DNA of 43,712 nt, from the NCBI GenBank assembly GCA_001687465.1, contig LVLI01000918.1, positions 1-43,712 of the forward strand. The letters run 5' to 3'. The notes beneath the pieces are model-generated. The model saw only the letters and a program-made list of their open reading frames with translations. It had not been told where the DNA came from and searched no databases. Made by a program: the position numbers and the translations under genes. This document shows, piece after piece, positions 12,596 to 23,445 of this stretch (the first letter of the stretch is position 1; each line of letters begins with the position of its first letter). Origin of the DNA: Halocafeteria seosinensis (taxonomy: Eukaryota).

Positions 12596-12721
12596 AATTC
12601 CGACAATACACACACCATGGCGTAGATCGCCTGGGCAAGCAAGCGTGCATGTCATCATTTATACCATTACAATAGCTTGGGTTGCTTCCAGCCGACTCGA
12701 GGCCAGACAAGGTAGTATGCA

Positions 12722-14072
12722 TTACGTTTTGAGTTGCCCTTTCTTCTTTTTCTTCTCTTTTTGTCTATCATAATGCTCCTGCACTCGCAAGGTGTAATCT
12801 TTGTCTTGCTTTTGCTCCGTTGCGGTTTTGAGGGAAATCTGTACAACATCTTCATCATGCAATTCATGTTGCAGTCCACACTGTTGCGGCGTGTGAATGG
12901 CAGACGTGCCCCACACAAGAGCGTACTTGAAGTCCCTTAAAATGCTCTTGTGAATATGTTTACAGAATGCCTCAATAGTAAAGCCATGTCGTCCTTCTGT
13001 GAGTACTACTGGTTCTTTCAAGTCAGGAGCACATCCTTTCTTTTTTGTATAAACTCTTCGTAGACTCAAGTACTTCCAAAGAGCATCGAGGAGGCGATCC
13101 AGATTTAGTTTTTGTGTTACAGAGATGACCATCGAGTTGGGGAGCCGGGCAACCCGATCGACATCTTCTATGGTAACCGTATCAATTTTGTTGTAGACGT
13201 AGAGGCATTTAACATATTTTCGATTTCCTTCGATAACGTCAATAAGCTGGTCCGTTGTTATGTCCTCCCGGCATAAAATATCTGCATTATGGATCTTGTA
13301 CTCTTGGCAGATCCCTTCCACTGTTTTCTGGGGGTTGTCCCCCAGATTGGTAACCGGCACAACTGGTGTAAATTTGATCCCTCCATCCTTCTTTTTCTTA
13401 AACGTCATATCCGGTGGTCTTTTGTTAAGTCGCAACCCAACACTTTCTAACTCTCTTTCCAAAATCTCCTGATGGTTCTTGACTTGCTCTTTGCCAGCAT
13501 CGAGTACCATCACCACCACATCGGAGCTCTTCGCCACAGCAATGACCTGTCTTCCTCTGCCCTTTCCATGGGCCGCCCCTTCAATAATACCAGGTAAATC
13601 CAGCATTTGAATTTTCGTGCCTTTGTAATAAATGTTTCCGGGAATACAAGTCAGTGTCGTGAATTCGTAGGCTGCAATATCTGATTCCGTCCCCGTCAAG
13701 GACGATAACAACGAAGACTTCCCCACCGACGGGAATCCAATCAGAGCAATCCTTGCATCTCCACTCTTGGACACATCAAATCCTTCACCCTTGGAGGCTC
13801 CAGCACCGCTCTTGGGGGGCTCAAGCAATTGACTACGTAATCGTGCTAATTTGGCTTTGAGACGTCCCAAATGTCCTTCTGTGGCTTTGTTCTTCTGCGT
13901 CCGTTTGATCTCCTCCTCTGCGTACATCACACAAATTAGATAAGTTTCAACCAGAGACAGGGAGAAAATGTATACTCGCTCTTTCTCTCTTTCTGCGCGT
14001 GCATCATTAATATGCAGGAAAATGCATGTCAGACTTACCAATTTCCTTGATTTGTTCCGTGATAAGCACCAT
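12722..14072 (-). CDS. DRG2: Developmentally regulated GTP-binding protein (DRG2/Rbg2-like OBG-family GTPase)
   Basis: First exon MVLITEQIKEI splices to EEEIKRTQKNKATEGHLGRLKAKLA. G1 GFPSVGKS, YEFTTLTCIPG, DLPGIIEGA, NKID, TGS domain and a lysine-rich tail. Confidence 0.93.
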
Positions 14073-14355
14073 TTTCACCCCCTTTTCTGCCGTTGGAAAT
14101 GTACTCAATTGGGACCTGAGACGAGTAAAAATGAAATTTGAATGGTGATTATCCCATGTACAGCCTCTGAAGCGCATCTAGACCGACAAAAGGACTGAGT
14201 CCGGACGAATCGATGCCGTCAATCATTTCGTTCACTGCATCTAAGGTCCATAAAGACACCAAAACGTTCCTGTCCCTTTCTTGTGGCAGTGTTGTATGGT
14301 AAGAGACGTTTATGGTGTATAAGTTAATCTGTTAGTGCCGTTTTCCGTTGATTCG

Positions 14356-17300
14356 ATGGCCGATGCGTTGATTATGGAGCAGGAACAGGTCCAAAACAAG
14401 CGTCAAAAGGTGGCTTCAGGCGCATCGGAAGGCGCTTCTAGACAGAGTTTATCTTCTTCCCAATCCCAGTCTCAACCCAAGGTGAAGAGGACCAAGCCAC
14501 TGTCCAGACAATACCGAGCTCATCAGCTGACCAACGGCAAATGGTACTTTGAGAACACAACTACAGGACAAACCTCTTGGGATGCTCCTTCTCCAGTGGT
14601 GTATAACAAACAAGGCGAACCTGAATGGAGGCACGAGATTTTTCCGTCAGGAGGGGAAGATGAAAAGTATATCCGGAGAACGATTAAGAAACGGTACGCG
14701 GAGGCGTTAGTCAAATTGCCACGGGATGCCGGATCTGCGTTTGTCCGAGAAAACGACACGAAGGATCTCTTCGAAGAGTTGCCACCCCACACGACAAACA
14801 CGGCTACCAAAGGAGACAAAAGCAGAGAGGGTACCCCAAGAGAGATTACCCCAAGTGGCTCCTCGTTGGACCAGAAAACACCTACGCAGAGCTCAGAAGG
14901 GGCACAGGAGGACAATTCAACCGAAGCGCTATGGGAAAAGCTGGCCAACGAGGACTCTATTATGGAAGTGGATGGGATAAGAACTATAAACAGGCTCGTA
15001 AAGAGCGCGACAACAGCAGAAGAACGGAAAAGTGTACTCAAACTGAGTAATGAACAATACACGGGGTACGCTGAAATAGGTAACTTTGTAGCTGTCTTCC
15101 TGGCGTGTAGCTTCGGCGAGGAACCAGAAAGGCTGAAGAACACGAAGGAACTTGTTTCAATGCCTGTCGAATCACCCACTGTCAACAACTTGGCAGTAAA
15201 GACGTTAGAAAGCAGACTCGAAAGTCAATTAGGTGAGCGGGAAGAAAATAAGTTACAGGAACACACGGCTGCTCATGGGCGCAGTTGGTTCAAAGATACA
15301 CTTTTCCGCCACAGACCATGGAGAAGACTGATGCTTAACATTGCTGTTCGGTCTCACACCTCGAAGGAACGAAACCGAGCAGGCGAGAAAGGGAGGACGT
15401 TAGCCTTGATTGAACATCTCATGCCTCGCGAAATAGCTCGCAATGGTCATCACTTGGAAGTGACAACTGCTCTCCATGTTATTGAAAAGTGTCGTCTGTT
15501 TGTTCACAGGCGAATCCACAGAGACCTGACGTTGCTGTGCCTCACGAGTAGTCGGGCTCTTCTTGACCGTCCAGAGGATGGAATCTTTACCCTAGATAGT
15601 CCGTGCTTCCTTCCGGGAATTGTAAAGTACAGTGTGGATCGCATTAGTTCGACATCGTTTTCACTTTTGCTTTTCATGTTTCTACTAGGAAGACTGGAGA
15701 AATCGTGCAGTGAATGGGATTTGGATGATTCGACTCACAAAAACCGAGTGAGATCTCTTTCAGGGATTTGCAAGAGCCGGTTGCGACGGTTGCATCAAGA
15801 AGCTGCGTTTGCTGGTCTGCGGAACCAAATCTACTTTGAGAAACCACTGTTTAAGGCTAGTTTTCCTGGAGACGGAAAGATAGAAGCAGCTTCGCTACAA
15901 ACATCTCTGTCAGCAAGAGCCGCTTCCGTCGCGTACGATGCCGGGAAGGCTAGCTTTACCAACCCGATCAGCGTGCTTTCGGAATTGTGTTTGGATTTGT
16001 GGCGTAGTCAACAAAAGTATCTTAGTGGCAACACATTGGGTGCATCCGTGAAGCCCAGTGCTTTGGAGGAAGGAACCCAAGAGAATTTTGAACCGGCGCA
16101 TGTCCGAGATATGCTTCTTGGTGCGTGTAGCTCAGTTCTTGACTCCGTTGTGGAGGAAAATGAAACGAACACGGTGCTAATGGGTTTAAAGTTGAACATC
16201 TCTTGGGTTAGAGATATATTTGGATCTATATGTTACAGTGATCAAGTAGCTGAACGGAGGGAGATGGCTGGAGCTTCACAACCTGGAGGTATTTCGAGCT
16301 TCAAACCTGCGTCCGTTGATTTCGATGTGCTCAGTGAAGGATTCTTAACAGCTGTTCTGGAGTACTTGAAAACCAACGACATGTCCGATTTTCGCCCAGT
16401 ACTGTCGCAGCCATGGATTATTTGGACCCTCCTGAAACGAATGTTTACTGACCTTGATGTTGTTGTCGCATCTCCCGAATCTTCCAAGACGGATCTACCG
16501 GAAGCAAACAGTGCTATGGCCCCACCAGTTCTCCGTCTTTGTGCACAACTTTTGAGTAAACTTAGTGGGAGGGAATCTGACGAAGACAACTTGCTATTGT
16601 TGGCGAGCATCTGCCGTAATGGAGGGATGCCTGGTCGTTTAAGGAAAATTCGCAACAAACTAAACTGGCCAGGATGGGTATTCCGGTCCGAGTCTTTTGG
16701 AGAGGAAGAATCGGAGGGAGCAGATCTAAATCTGATTGATAGTCGTGTACTGTTAGCACTGCGGTATTGCCCCTTAGGTGTTTGTGGTGTTTTGTTATGG
16801 ATGGTTCAACAAATCACTGGCCCCTCTGCCATCAGAAACCAAGGCGTAATTATGGGAACAATGAAGGTAAAACTGGATATGGCTCAGCTACTTGTGAGAA
16901 TTCATCCTCAGCTAAGTCCTCTTTGCTGGTTGGTCCCATCAGCAGTACTGTGTTTGCGCTCTTATATTCCCACGTTTACCATGAAAGAAACCCAACAGTT
17001 GGAGACGTATGCCGTGAATGCGTTTGTACCTGTGGCAACGGAAGGCAAATCCTTCTCATTGTGTGCTTTTAGTTTGGCTAAATGGATCACAAGTACGAGT
17101 GGGCACATGAGCCCTGCTGTGGACCAATCGTGGTTACGGAGATTTTTGGAGGATGTAAAGAGCTGTTTACAACAGCCATACAGCCCTCATTTCTTGTATT
17201 CAGTGTTCAAGTCTGTGAGAGATGTGCTGGAAGGGCTATCCTTGGATCGACATAAACCCGAGGATCTTGATCTAGCCACGTTGCTGCAAAACGGATACAC

Positions 17301-17550
17301 CCCTGGCTACCAAACCTTGCGTGTGTTGGGGAAGAATGTTGCTGAATGGGTCCTTACGCTATGTAGAGATTTACTTACGTCGTTTGAGTCTTTGAAGACT
17401 GTGCAAAAGGACGCAGTGCTTTCTCAATTCACTAGTTTGCGGAATAGTAAATTACTTGGATATCCTGGTGGTTTACCATCTTCGGTGACGGTACCCTGCG
17501 ATTTGCGGACGTTATGCGAAGAAACAGCTCGCGTTGTCGTTCGGAAGTAG
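14356..17550 (+). CDS. NELFCD: Negative elongation factor C/D (TH1) homolog with an N-terminal WW domain
   Basis: WW: YRAHQLTNGKWYFENTTTGQTSWDAP. Colinear TH1 blocks recalled from human NELF-C/D: EDSIMEVDGIRTINRL..LSNEQYTGYAEIGNFV (cf. DYIMEPSIFNTLKRY..LSENYTAVAQTVNLL), WFKDTLFRHRPWRRLM (cf. WLEQMIAHTTWRDLF), RRLHQE, PLGVCGVLLWM (cf. PVVAMGVLKWV), DQSWLRRFLEDVKSCLQQPYSPHF (cf. DISLIRYFVTEVLDVIAPPYTSDF). Confidence 0.8.
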   Translation: MADALIMEQEQVQNKRQKVASGASEGASRQSLSSSQSQSQPKVKRTKPLSRQYRAHQLTNGKWYFENTTTGQTSWDAPSPVVYNKQGEPEWRHEIFPSGGEDEKYIRRTIKKRYAEALVKLPRDAGSAFVRENDTKDLFEELPPHTTNTATKGDKSREGTPREITPSGSSLDQKTPTQSSEGAQEDNSTEALWEKLANEDSIMEVDGIRTINRLVKSATTAEERKSVLKLSNEQYTGYAEIGNFVAVFLACSFGEEPERLKNTKELVSMPVESPTVNNLAVKTLESRLESQLGEREENKLQEHTAAHGRSWFKDTLFRHRPWRRLMLNIAVRSHTSKERNRAGEKGRTLALIEHLMPREIARNGHHLEVTTALHVIEKCRLFVHRRIHRDLTLLCLTSSRALLDRPEDGIFTLDSPCFLPGIVKYSVDRISSTSFSLLLFMFLLGRLEKSCSEWDLDDSTHKNRVRSLSGICKSRLRRLHQEAAFAGLRNQIYFEKPLFKASFPGDGKIEAASLQTSLSARAASVAYDAGKASFTNPISVLSELCLDLWRSQQKYLSGNTLGASVKPSALEEGTQENFEPAHVRDMLLGACSSVLDSVVEENETNTVLMGLKLNISWVRDIFGSICYSDQVAERREMAGASQPGGISSFKPASVDFDVLSEGFLTAVLEYLKTNDMSDFRPVLSQPWIIWTLLKRMFTDLDVVVASPESSKTDLPEANSAMAPPVLRLCAQLLSKLSGRESDEDNLLLLASICRNGGMPGRLRKIRNKLNWPGWVFRSESFGEEESEGADLNLIDSRVLLALRYCPLGVCGVLLWMVQQITGPSAIRNQGVIMGTMKVKLDMAQLLVRIHPQLSPLCWLVPSAVLCLRSYIPTFTMKETQQLETYAVNAFVPVATEGKSFSLCAFSLAKWITSTSGHMSPAVDQSWLRRFLEDVKSCLQQPYSPHFLYSVFKSVRDVLEGLSLDRHKPEDLDLATLLQNGYTPGYQTLRVLGKNVAEWVLTLCRDLLTSFESLKTVQKDAVLSQFTSLRNSKLLGYPGGLPSSVTVPCDLRTLCEETARVVVRK

Positions 17551-17925
17551 AGGATGGATCAACTGCTAGAGCGACTGAGTATTATATATTGGATAGTTAG
17601 CCGGTAACCCATAAATTATACACTCGTACGTACGTACTACACTGATTGCACTGTATAGGTAAGGTCCACGTCAACCAAATGCAAGCAACAATTCCTGCGG
17701 TAGACAAATCTTCATTGCAGTGCGCATTGTACATTATATAGCCCAAGCTGGAAGATAGAAAAAGGGTTCTAGTTTCTAGAACAATGTTGTAATGAACTTT
17801 CAATTCCCACAACTACTTTTTCTAAGCGAAGTCCCCTAGCGGAACTCTGACCGGAAAAATGGATAAGAACTTGCATTTCAAATTGGATTGATTTTTGCTA
17901 AGGGGTGTTGTCCATTCAGTCAAAG

Positions 17926-17948
17926 ATATATATATATATATATATATA
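17926..17948. repeat. (TA)n microsatellite
   Basis: Seen directly, just upstream of ACADSB. Confidence 0.95.
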
Positions 17949-18003
17949 GAATAAACAGTTACACTATCTTGTCACATTTCTGACGTTATAGAGTGTCGTT
18001 GCC

Positions 18004-19522
18004 ATGTTCTCCTCGCTCCTTCGATCCCGCTGCGCTGCTGCCTCCTCTTTGGCAGCCAGTGGCCTACGAGGAGGAAGAGCAGCTGCTGCTGCAATGCCTC
18101 CTCAAAGTGGTGGTCTTATGCACTTCTCCTCTGGTGTCAAACCTGGACCCTTATCGGCGTTCACGGAAGAGGAGAGAGCGATTCAAGACGCAGGTACGTC
18201 AGCGCAGTCCACGAGGAAGATACGAGGCCCTCATTCACATAATGAATGTCTTTCTTCGGATACAAACAGTCCGGCGTTTTGCGCAAGATGTCATTGCTCC
18301 TAAAGTGAATGAGATGGACAAGAATGCCACCATGGACCCTGAAATCATCCGCGGCATGTTCGAACAAGGTGTACGTCCACTTCCTCATCACGCATTGGCT
18401 GATCTATCTATCAACGTGTGCCTGTGATGACACAGTTCATGGGGATCGAAATTGACCCCAAGTACGGAGGTACAGGAAGCAGCTTCACTGCGGCGTGTAT
18501 CATGGTCGAAGAGCTAGCCCGTGTAGATGCCTCCGTCAGTGTCTGCGCTGACGTGCAAAATACTTTGGTCAACAATGTCTTTGCTGTACGTACTTGCCCT
18601 CGTTGATTGACTGCGACTCCGGTTCACGCGTCCGTTGAACTATGATGTACTCAATTTGGGTTTTGGTGTGCAGTTCTATGGCTCTGAAGAGCTTCAGGCT
18701 CGTGTATTCCCACGTCTAAGTACGGACACGGTCGGCTCATTTTGCTTATCCGAGCCAGAATCAGGCAGCGATGCGTTTGCATTGAAAACGAAAGCGATTG
18801 ATCAGGGAGATCATTTTGTCATCAACGGTAATAAGTTGTGGATCACCAACGGAGCCGAAGCAGGACTCTTTATCGTAATGGCGAATGCGAACCCAGAAGC
18901 TGGATACAAAGGCATTACGGCGTTTCTCTGTGATAAGGATACGCCTGGTCTAAGCATAGGTCCCAAGGAAGATAAGCTTGGAATACGCGCAAGCAGCACT
19001 GTTCCAGTCATATTAGAAGACGTGAAAGTGCCCAAGGAGAACGTCATCGGCGACGTCGGCAAAGGATACAAGATTGCAATCGAAATCTTGAACGAGGGTC
19101 GAATTGGCATCGCTAGTCAGATGCTTGGAATTGCTCAGGGGGCATTTGACACGGTAATGCCATATCTATGGGAACGCAAGCAGTTTGGAACACAAATTGG
19201 GGAGTTCCAAGGGATGCAACATCAATATGCCCAAGCAGCTGTGGACATTCAAGCTGCTCGCAACCTGGTGTACGATGCTGCACGTCGGAAAGAAGCAGGA
19301 ATGACATTCGTTAAAGAGGCTGCTATGGCGAAACTTTATGCCTCGCAAGTGGCACAGCGTGTGTCAAGCCAAGCAATAGAGTGGATGGGTGGAGTAGGGT
19401 TCACGAAGGAATATGGCGTCGAAAAGTATTACCGCGACTGCAAGGTTGGGGCGATTTACGAGGGCACATCGAATATTCAGTTACAAACTATTGCCAAGTT
19501 ATTGAAGAAGGAATATCAGTAA
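18004..19522 (+). CDS. ACADSB: Short/branched-chain acyl-CoA dehydrogenase, mitochondrial (4 exons)
   Basis: [90 protein letters not shown]. Three GT-AG introns. Confidence 0.95.
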
Positions 19523-19921
19523 ACCTTTGATCACATGTCTTTTGGCATTAGTTTAGCTACCGACTTGGCGGTATCTGAATGAAACTATTCCTGAATGAAA
19601 TCAGTGTCGGATGCATTTGTCTTTTTATTCCCATAGTAACTTCCTCTCAAACACTGACTACAATCTAAATTCAACAATATGCAACTTGCCGCAAGAAAAA
19701 CGATTCCAGCAGGTTACCGGCCTTTCGGAACGGATTTCGGGATGACCCGAAAACCCGTAATATGGGAAGCCAACCTTGCCGATATCGTATGCATTCTTAC
19801 CGTATAGACAAATTATAACCACGTAATAATAACTCATTAAACGTGTCGTTCCGACTTTAAGACGCAATATTTCGCTTTGGTGGCCCTATTGGATACGCAA
19901 GGCGTGTAAACAGACCCGAAA

Positions 19922-20579
19922 ATGTCCGGCAGTCGTGGAATGATGCTGACGATGCGCTCTATGAGAGCCTCTAGTCTGCTCCCGAGGAAGACCCTGACCA
20001 CTCCGAGTGCTTCCATGGCACCCTTGGCGAATGCAGTCAGTGGCGCAAGGTTCAAAACCTACGACATGCAGGATCGTGAGCGCGCGCTTGAGGTAAGAGC
20101 CATCGGCGGGACTTGACGAGATTACGCTGGGGGCGGCGATATTTTCATTCACGTGCTACTGCAGAACCGCTACTTTAGTATGGAGGACGACAGGTTGCTC
20201 AGAGTACGTAATGGAGCAGAAGAAAGGAGCATGAGTGATTGTGACTGGTTGATCTGTATCTGCAGAAATTGTTGAAGAAAGCACGAGCTCAAGCCCAAGA
20301 AGTAAGAAAGGCTTGGCTTCGGTGTTCAGGGAAGGTTGAATTGAGTGATAGCTCATATTGACTTTGATGATTTTTGCAGAGCGATCCTCAAGCCCAGAAG
20401 GAAGCAGCTGACGTAGAGGACCAAGAACTGCGAAAGATCGTAGATAAGTACCAAATGTCGACAGAGGATGTCCAAGGTGAGACCTCTGTGTGTATTCTAG
20501 AGCACATTTTCAATGTGACTAAGAATATAAGAAATTACATGCAGCCTTGAAAGACTGGAGACACTCCCACGCTTTCTAA
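19922..20579 (+). CDS. Mitochondrial F1Fo ATP synthase inhibitor IF1-like protein (5 exons)
   Basis: Spliced: transit peptide + DMQDRERALE|NRYFSMEDDRLLR|KLLKKARAQAQE|SDPQAQKEAADVEDQELRKIVDKYQMSTEDVQ|ALKDWRHSHAF*. This fits the algal/plant IF1 pattern (E+A.E..YF..ED..LL+KL ... +..L..W+H). Confidence 0.8.
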
Positions 20580-20608
20580 AGAACATGTGTATGTCGTGAT
20601 TGGAAGCG

Positions 20609-22345
20609 TTATTGCCCCTCAAGGAAACCAAATAGATTTTCCCTTTGCTGTGGGGAATTTTGTCGGGGATCTGTACCTGTAAATGAAGGTCCCATGGGAG
20701 GACTCGTCCCTGGAGCAATAGACGTACCAAAAATTGAATCGTTAGTACTACAATCACTCAAACCATCGCTCTCTCCACCTGCTCCATCCAGATTGAACGT
20801 GGAGGCGTCGCGTTCACTCCTCGTTAAAGTAGTTGCAGAGGTCTGATGACCGTGCTGCTGGGGGGCTCGCGGCCTCTGCGAATGGACAGCGTCTGTCTGG
20901 TTTCGCTGCACTGGCGGTTGGCTAGGGGGAACGCTATCTTCGACTCCAGCGTATTTATTTTGATACAACTGTTGTGCGTAAGATATGTTCCTATGGGCCT
21001 CGATTGCTGACTGCATCTTTAACATTACAGCGGCTATTGGTTTGCCATCCTTCGAGTACGTGTCCGTACTTGTTCGCGGAACTGCACTGGCAGCCGAATG
21101 TTCCTGTTGGGGTTGGACCTGCTCGTTTTTCCCCGTGAGATGTTGGAGCTGATCAACAATGTGCTGCTCGCGTTGGGCCGGATCAACAGGTGGAATTTCT
21201 TCACTAACACTACGATGGCGCCCTTCATCGGAGTGCGCTCCATCACTGCTTCGCCCTTGAGATTCTGCAACTGATCCTCTACCGCTCAGTGATTCATTAA
21301 AGCTTAAAGAAGGATGGTAGCCATACCCCACTGTATGAGTTGGTACGTGCAAATGAGGGTCAGTATGCGCTGCGGGCATCACGTGATGCATACCATGTGT
21401 CGGTTGTCCGACGTAGGTACTTGAAACTGCAGCAGGATACATCTGCGGCTGGACGAACGTCCTGTCACCAGGGGGGCCTTCAACTGGTGGCTCCACTGGA
21501 GCCTGCGGTTGCTCGGGTTGGCCGTAGTTGTAGAACGGAGGAGGATAACAGGGCTGTCCGTAAAATGAACCACCAGAGACAGACTGTTGCTGCTGAAATC
21601 CACCTGCAGAAGCGCCAGGCAGAGGGGCTCCTTTCCAGGCACTTGACTTGAAGCCATGTTCGCCAGGTCCAACAGGCTGCTGCTGGTAAGCGTTGGTGGT
21701 ATTGGTGGCCGGCACGACTCCATTAGAATCCTGCTTGTCTGATACTTCATCGTCTCCGACAAAATGAGACTTCACGGCTTGAGGTAATTGTCGCGCATTT
21801 GAAGGGTATTCCTTATTCTGATACTGCCGAGGCAACGAAACAGGGTAGGTGCTATAATTTGGAGGAAACACCTTGGTGCCCTTGTAAGCCTCGTATTCGG
21901 CTATAGTTTGCGCTTCCGCGGACGCTCTTTCAAAGTCATGTAGAAACTCTTTCCTTGATTTTAAGCTGTTGCCGCGATACTTTTGTAGATGGCTCTTTAT
22001 ATGATCGCTGGTGAGTTCAGCGGGGATGGCCCTACTGCTGGCAGTATCAGTCTCCTGCGTCAAGTGTTTCTCCAGTAAGGGATCATCTTCCGACTTCTTC
22101 ATAAGGTCAAACAGTATTTTTGGTGTTACAGTTCGTAGTCCATGGTCAAATATAGCAGCCACAAAACGCTTATGGAGATTATCTGTCCAAACAAATCGCT
22201 TTTTTTTACGCTTTTTGGTTCCTCCTGCGTCTCCATCCCCTCTCGCAGGAGACTGCTCTTCCTCCATTCCATCTATCTCAGCTTCCTCTCTTTTGTTCGA
22301 GGCTTCCCGAGCAGTGCGCTTTCGGCGTTGTCCGGAAGAAGCCAT
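20609..22345 (-). CDS. GARP/G2-like MYB (SHAQKYF class) transcription factor, PSR1/PHR1-like
   Basis: KKRFVWTDNLHKRFVAAIFDHGLRTVTPKILFDLM...LTSDHIKSHLQKYR. Q/P-rich activation region. Possible degenerate coiled coil AAVMLKMQSAIEAHRNISYAQQ. First in-frame ATG at 22345. Confidence 0.88.
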   Translation of the reverse strand: MASSGQRRKRTAREASNKREEAEIDGMEEEQSPARGDGDAGGTKKRKKKRFVWTDNLHKRFVAAIFDHGLRTVTPKILFDLMKKSEDDPLLEKHLTQETDTASSRAIPAELTSDHIKSHLQKYRGNSLKSRKEFLHDFERASAEAQTIAEYEAYKGTKVFPPNYSTYPVSLPRQYQNKEYPSNARQLPQAVKSHFVGDDEVSDKQDSNGVVPATNTTNAYQQQPVGPGEHGFKSSAWKGAPLPGASAGGFQQQQSVSGGSFYGQPCYPPPFYNYGQPEQPQAPVEPPVEGPPGDRTFVQPQMYPAAVSSTYVGQPTHGMHHVMPAAHTDPHLHVPTHTVGYGYHPSLSFNESLSGRGSVAESQGRSSDGAHSDEGRHRSVSEEIPPVDPAQREQHIVDQLQHLTGKNEQVQPQQEHSAASAVPRTSTDTYSKDGKPIAAVMLKMQSAIEAHRNISYAQQLYQNKYAGVEDSVPPSQPPVQRNQTDAVHSQRPRAPQQHGHQTSATTLTRSERDASTFNLDGAGGESDGLSDCSTNDSIFGTSIAPGTSPPMGPSFTGTDPRQNSPQQRENLFGFLEGQ

Positions 22346-22465
22346 CGTGCGCTTCTGTATAGCCTCGTCTCGTTTCTTTTTCCAGTGCTCTTCAAACCAA
22401 GAAAGCAATTGCAAGCGACGCTTGTATTCGATTACGCACGGATTAGCCCTCCATTCATTGGGCAC

Positions 22466-22473
22466 AAGATTCA
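22466..22473 (-). promoter_or_regulatory. Candidate PSR-binding box TGAATCTT upstream of the MYB gene
   Basis: aagattca on the + strand, ~120 bp upstream of the MYB ATG. Matches the YGAATCTH motif reported for diatom PSR (recalled, not checked). Confidence 0.45.
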
Positions 22474-23437
22474 CACGCACCGAACTTTGCTAATGCCGTC
22501 CGAAATGCGTATGTGAGAAAGAGAATAAACCCTCCCTGAAGCCACACAAAATTGGAGCCCAATGAGGAGACAAAGACAACACTTAACAAGTGTATCACTG
22601 CCCGTCTATACTGGTGCTGTCATGCATGTACTCATTCCCACAGAGAAAAGGAGACAAACAAACACTCGGCATGCAACTGAATGGCCTAGCAGAGAGAAGA
22701 GTGAGAAAGAGAAGCGGAAGCGTCCATCGTCGCCCAGCGATTGCGAGGCGGACGTCCGGGGATTTCGTTGAACTGAATTCCCCACCTACCCTGGGACAGG
22801 AATTGCCGGTTGCGTTCATTCAAGGTGTGGAAACATGCATGAAGCGACGAGGAAGAGATGGATTTTCTAAAGGTGGTGATATGAGGGAAAGAGTGAAAGC
22901 GCCTCAGCTGTTGTTTGTTTTTGCGGGTGCACCGCGGGAGTGATGGTTGGCCAACTTGGACTTGGTGCCGTTGAAGAAACGTCGTGTACAGTCAGGCTAT
23001 GCCATTGTTATAGCGTTGCTAATTCATAATATAACTTAACAACCTTTTTAGAGCTGCGCGATATCCATTGAAGTTTTTACGATTCAAAAATGCTCACTAT
23101 CAACGATGCATGTGGTAGAGCCGCTAGGGTGAAGTACCAGGAGGAAACTCTCTGAACTCTGGCACATGTAATACTTACGAACCACCGCCAGATCAAAAAT
23201 ACTCCACCGATACGGATACTATAAATAATACCACGACGGCATATGTATACAGTTGCACGACATTCCTCTGCGAGTTCCGCAGTCCCTAAACTGTAGGGCC
23301 TAAAGGCACCGTTTGTGTAGCTACATCTCATGTTTCACGAACTCCGATCGTGAGACCACATCCTAGCTCCACCAGAGAGAACTCGAAGACCAGATACATT
23401 TCCCATGTTTGTCATGCTTACTGCCACATTCATCCGA

Positions 23438-23445
23438 GAATATCC
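23438..23445. promoter_or_regulatory. P1BS-like element GAATATCC
   Basis: Matches the plant PHR1 site GNATATNC. A single copy could be chance. Confidence 0.25.

Noticed and set aside
13920..14041. N-terminal extensions in the ORF track for DRG (also the EF-hand protein, DPH2 and GNAT)
   Set aside because: These are read-through of introns or UTRs; canonical GT-AG splicing restores normal N termini.
6861..19522. HIBCH and ACADSB as a branched-chain amino acid catabolism cluster
   Set aside because: They are about 10 kb apart with four unrelated genes between; chance is sufficient.
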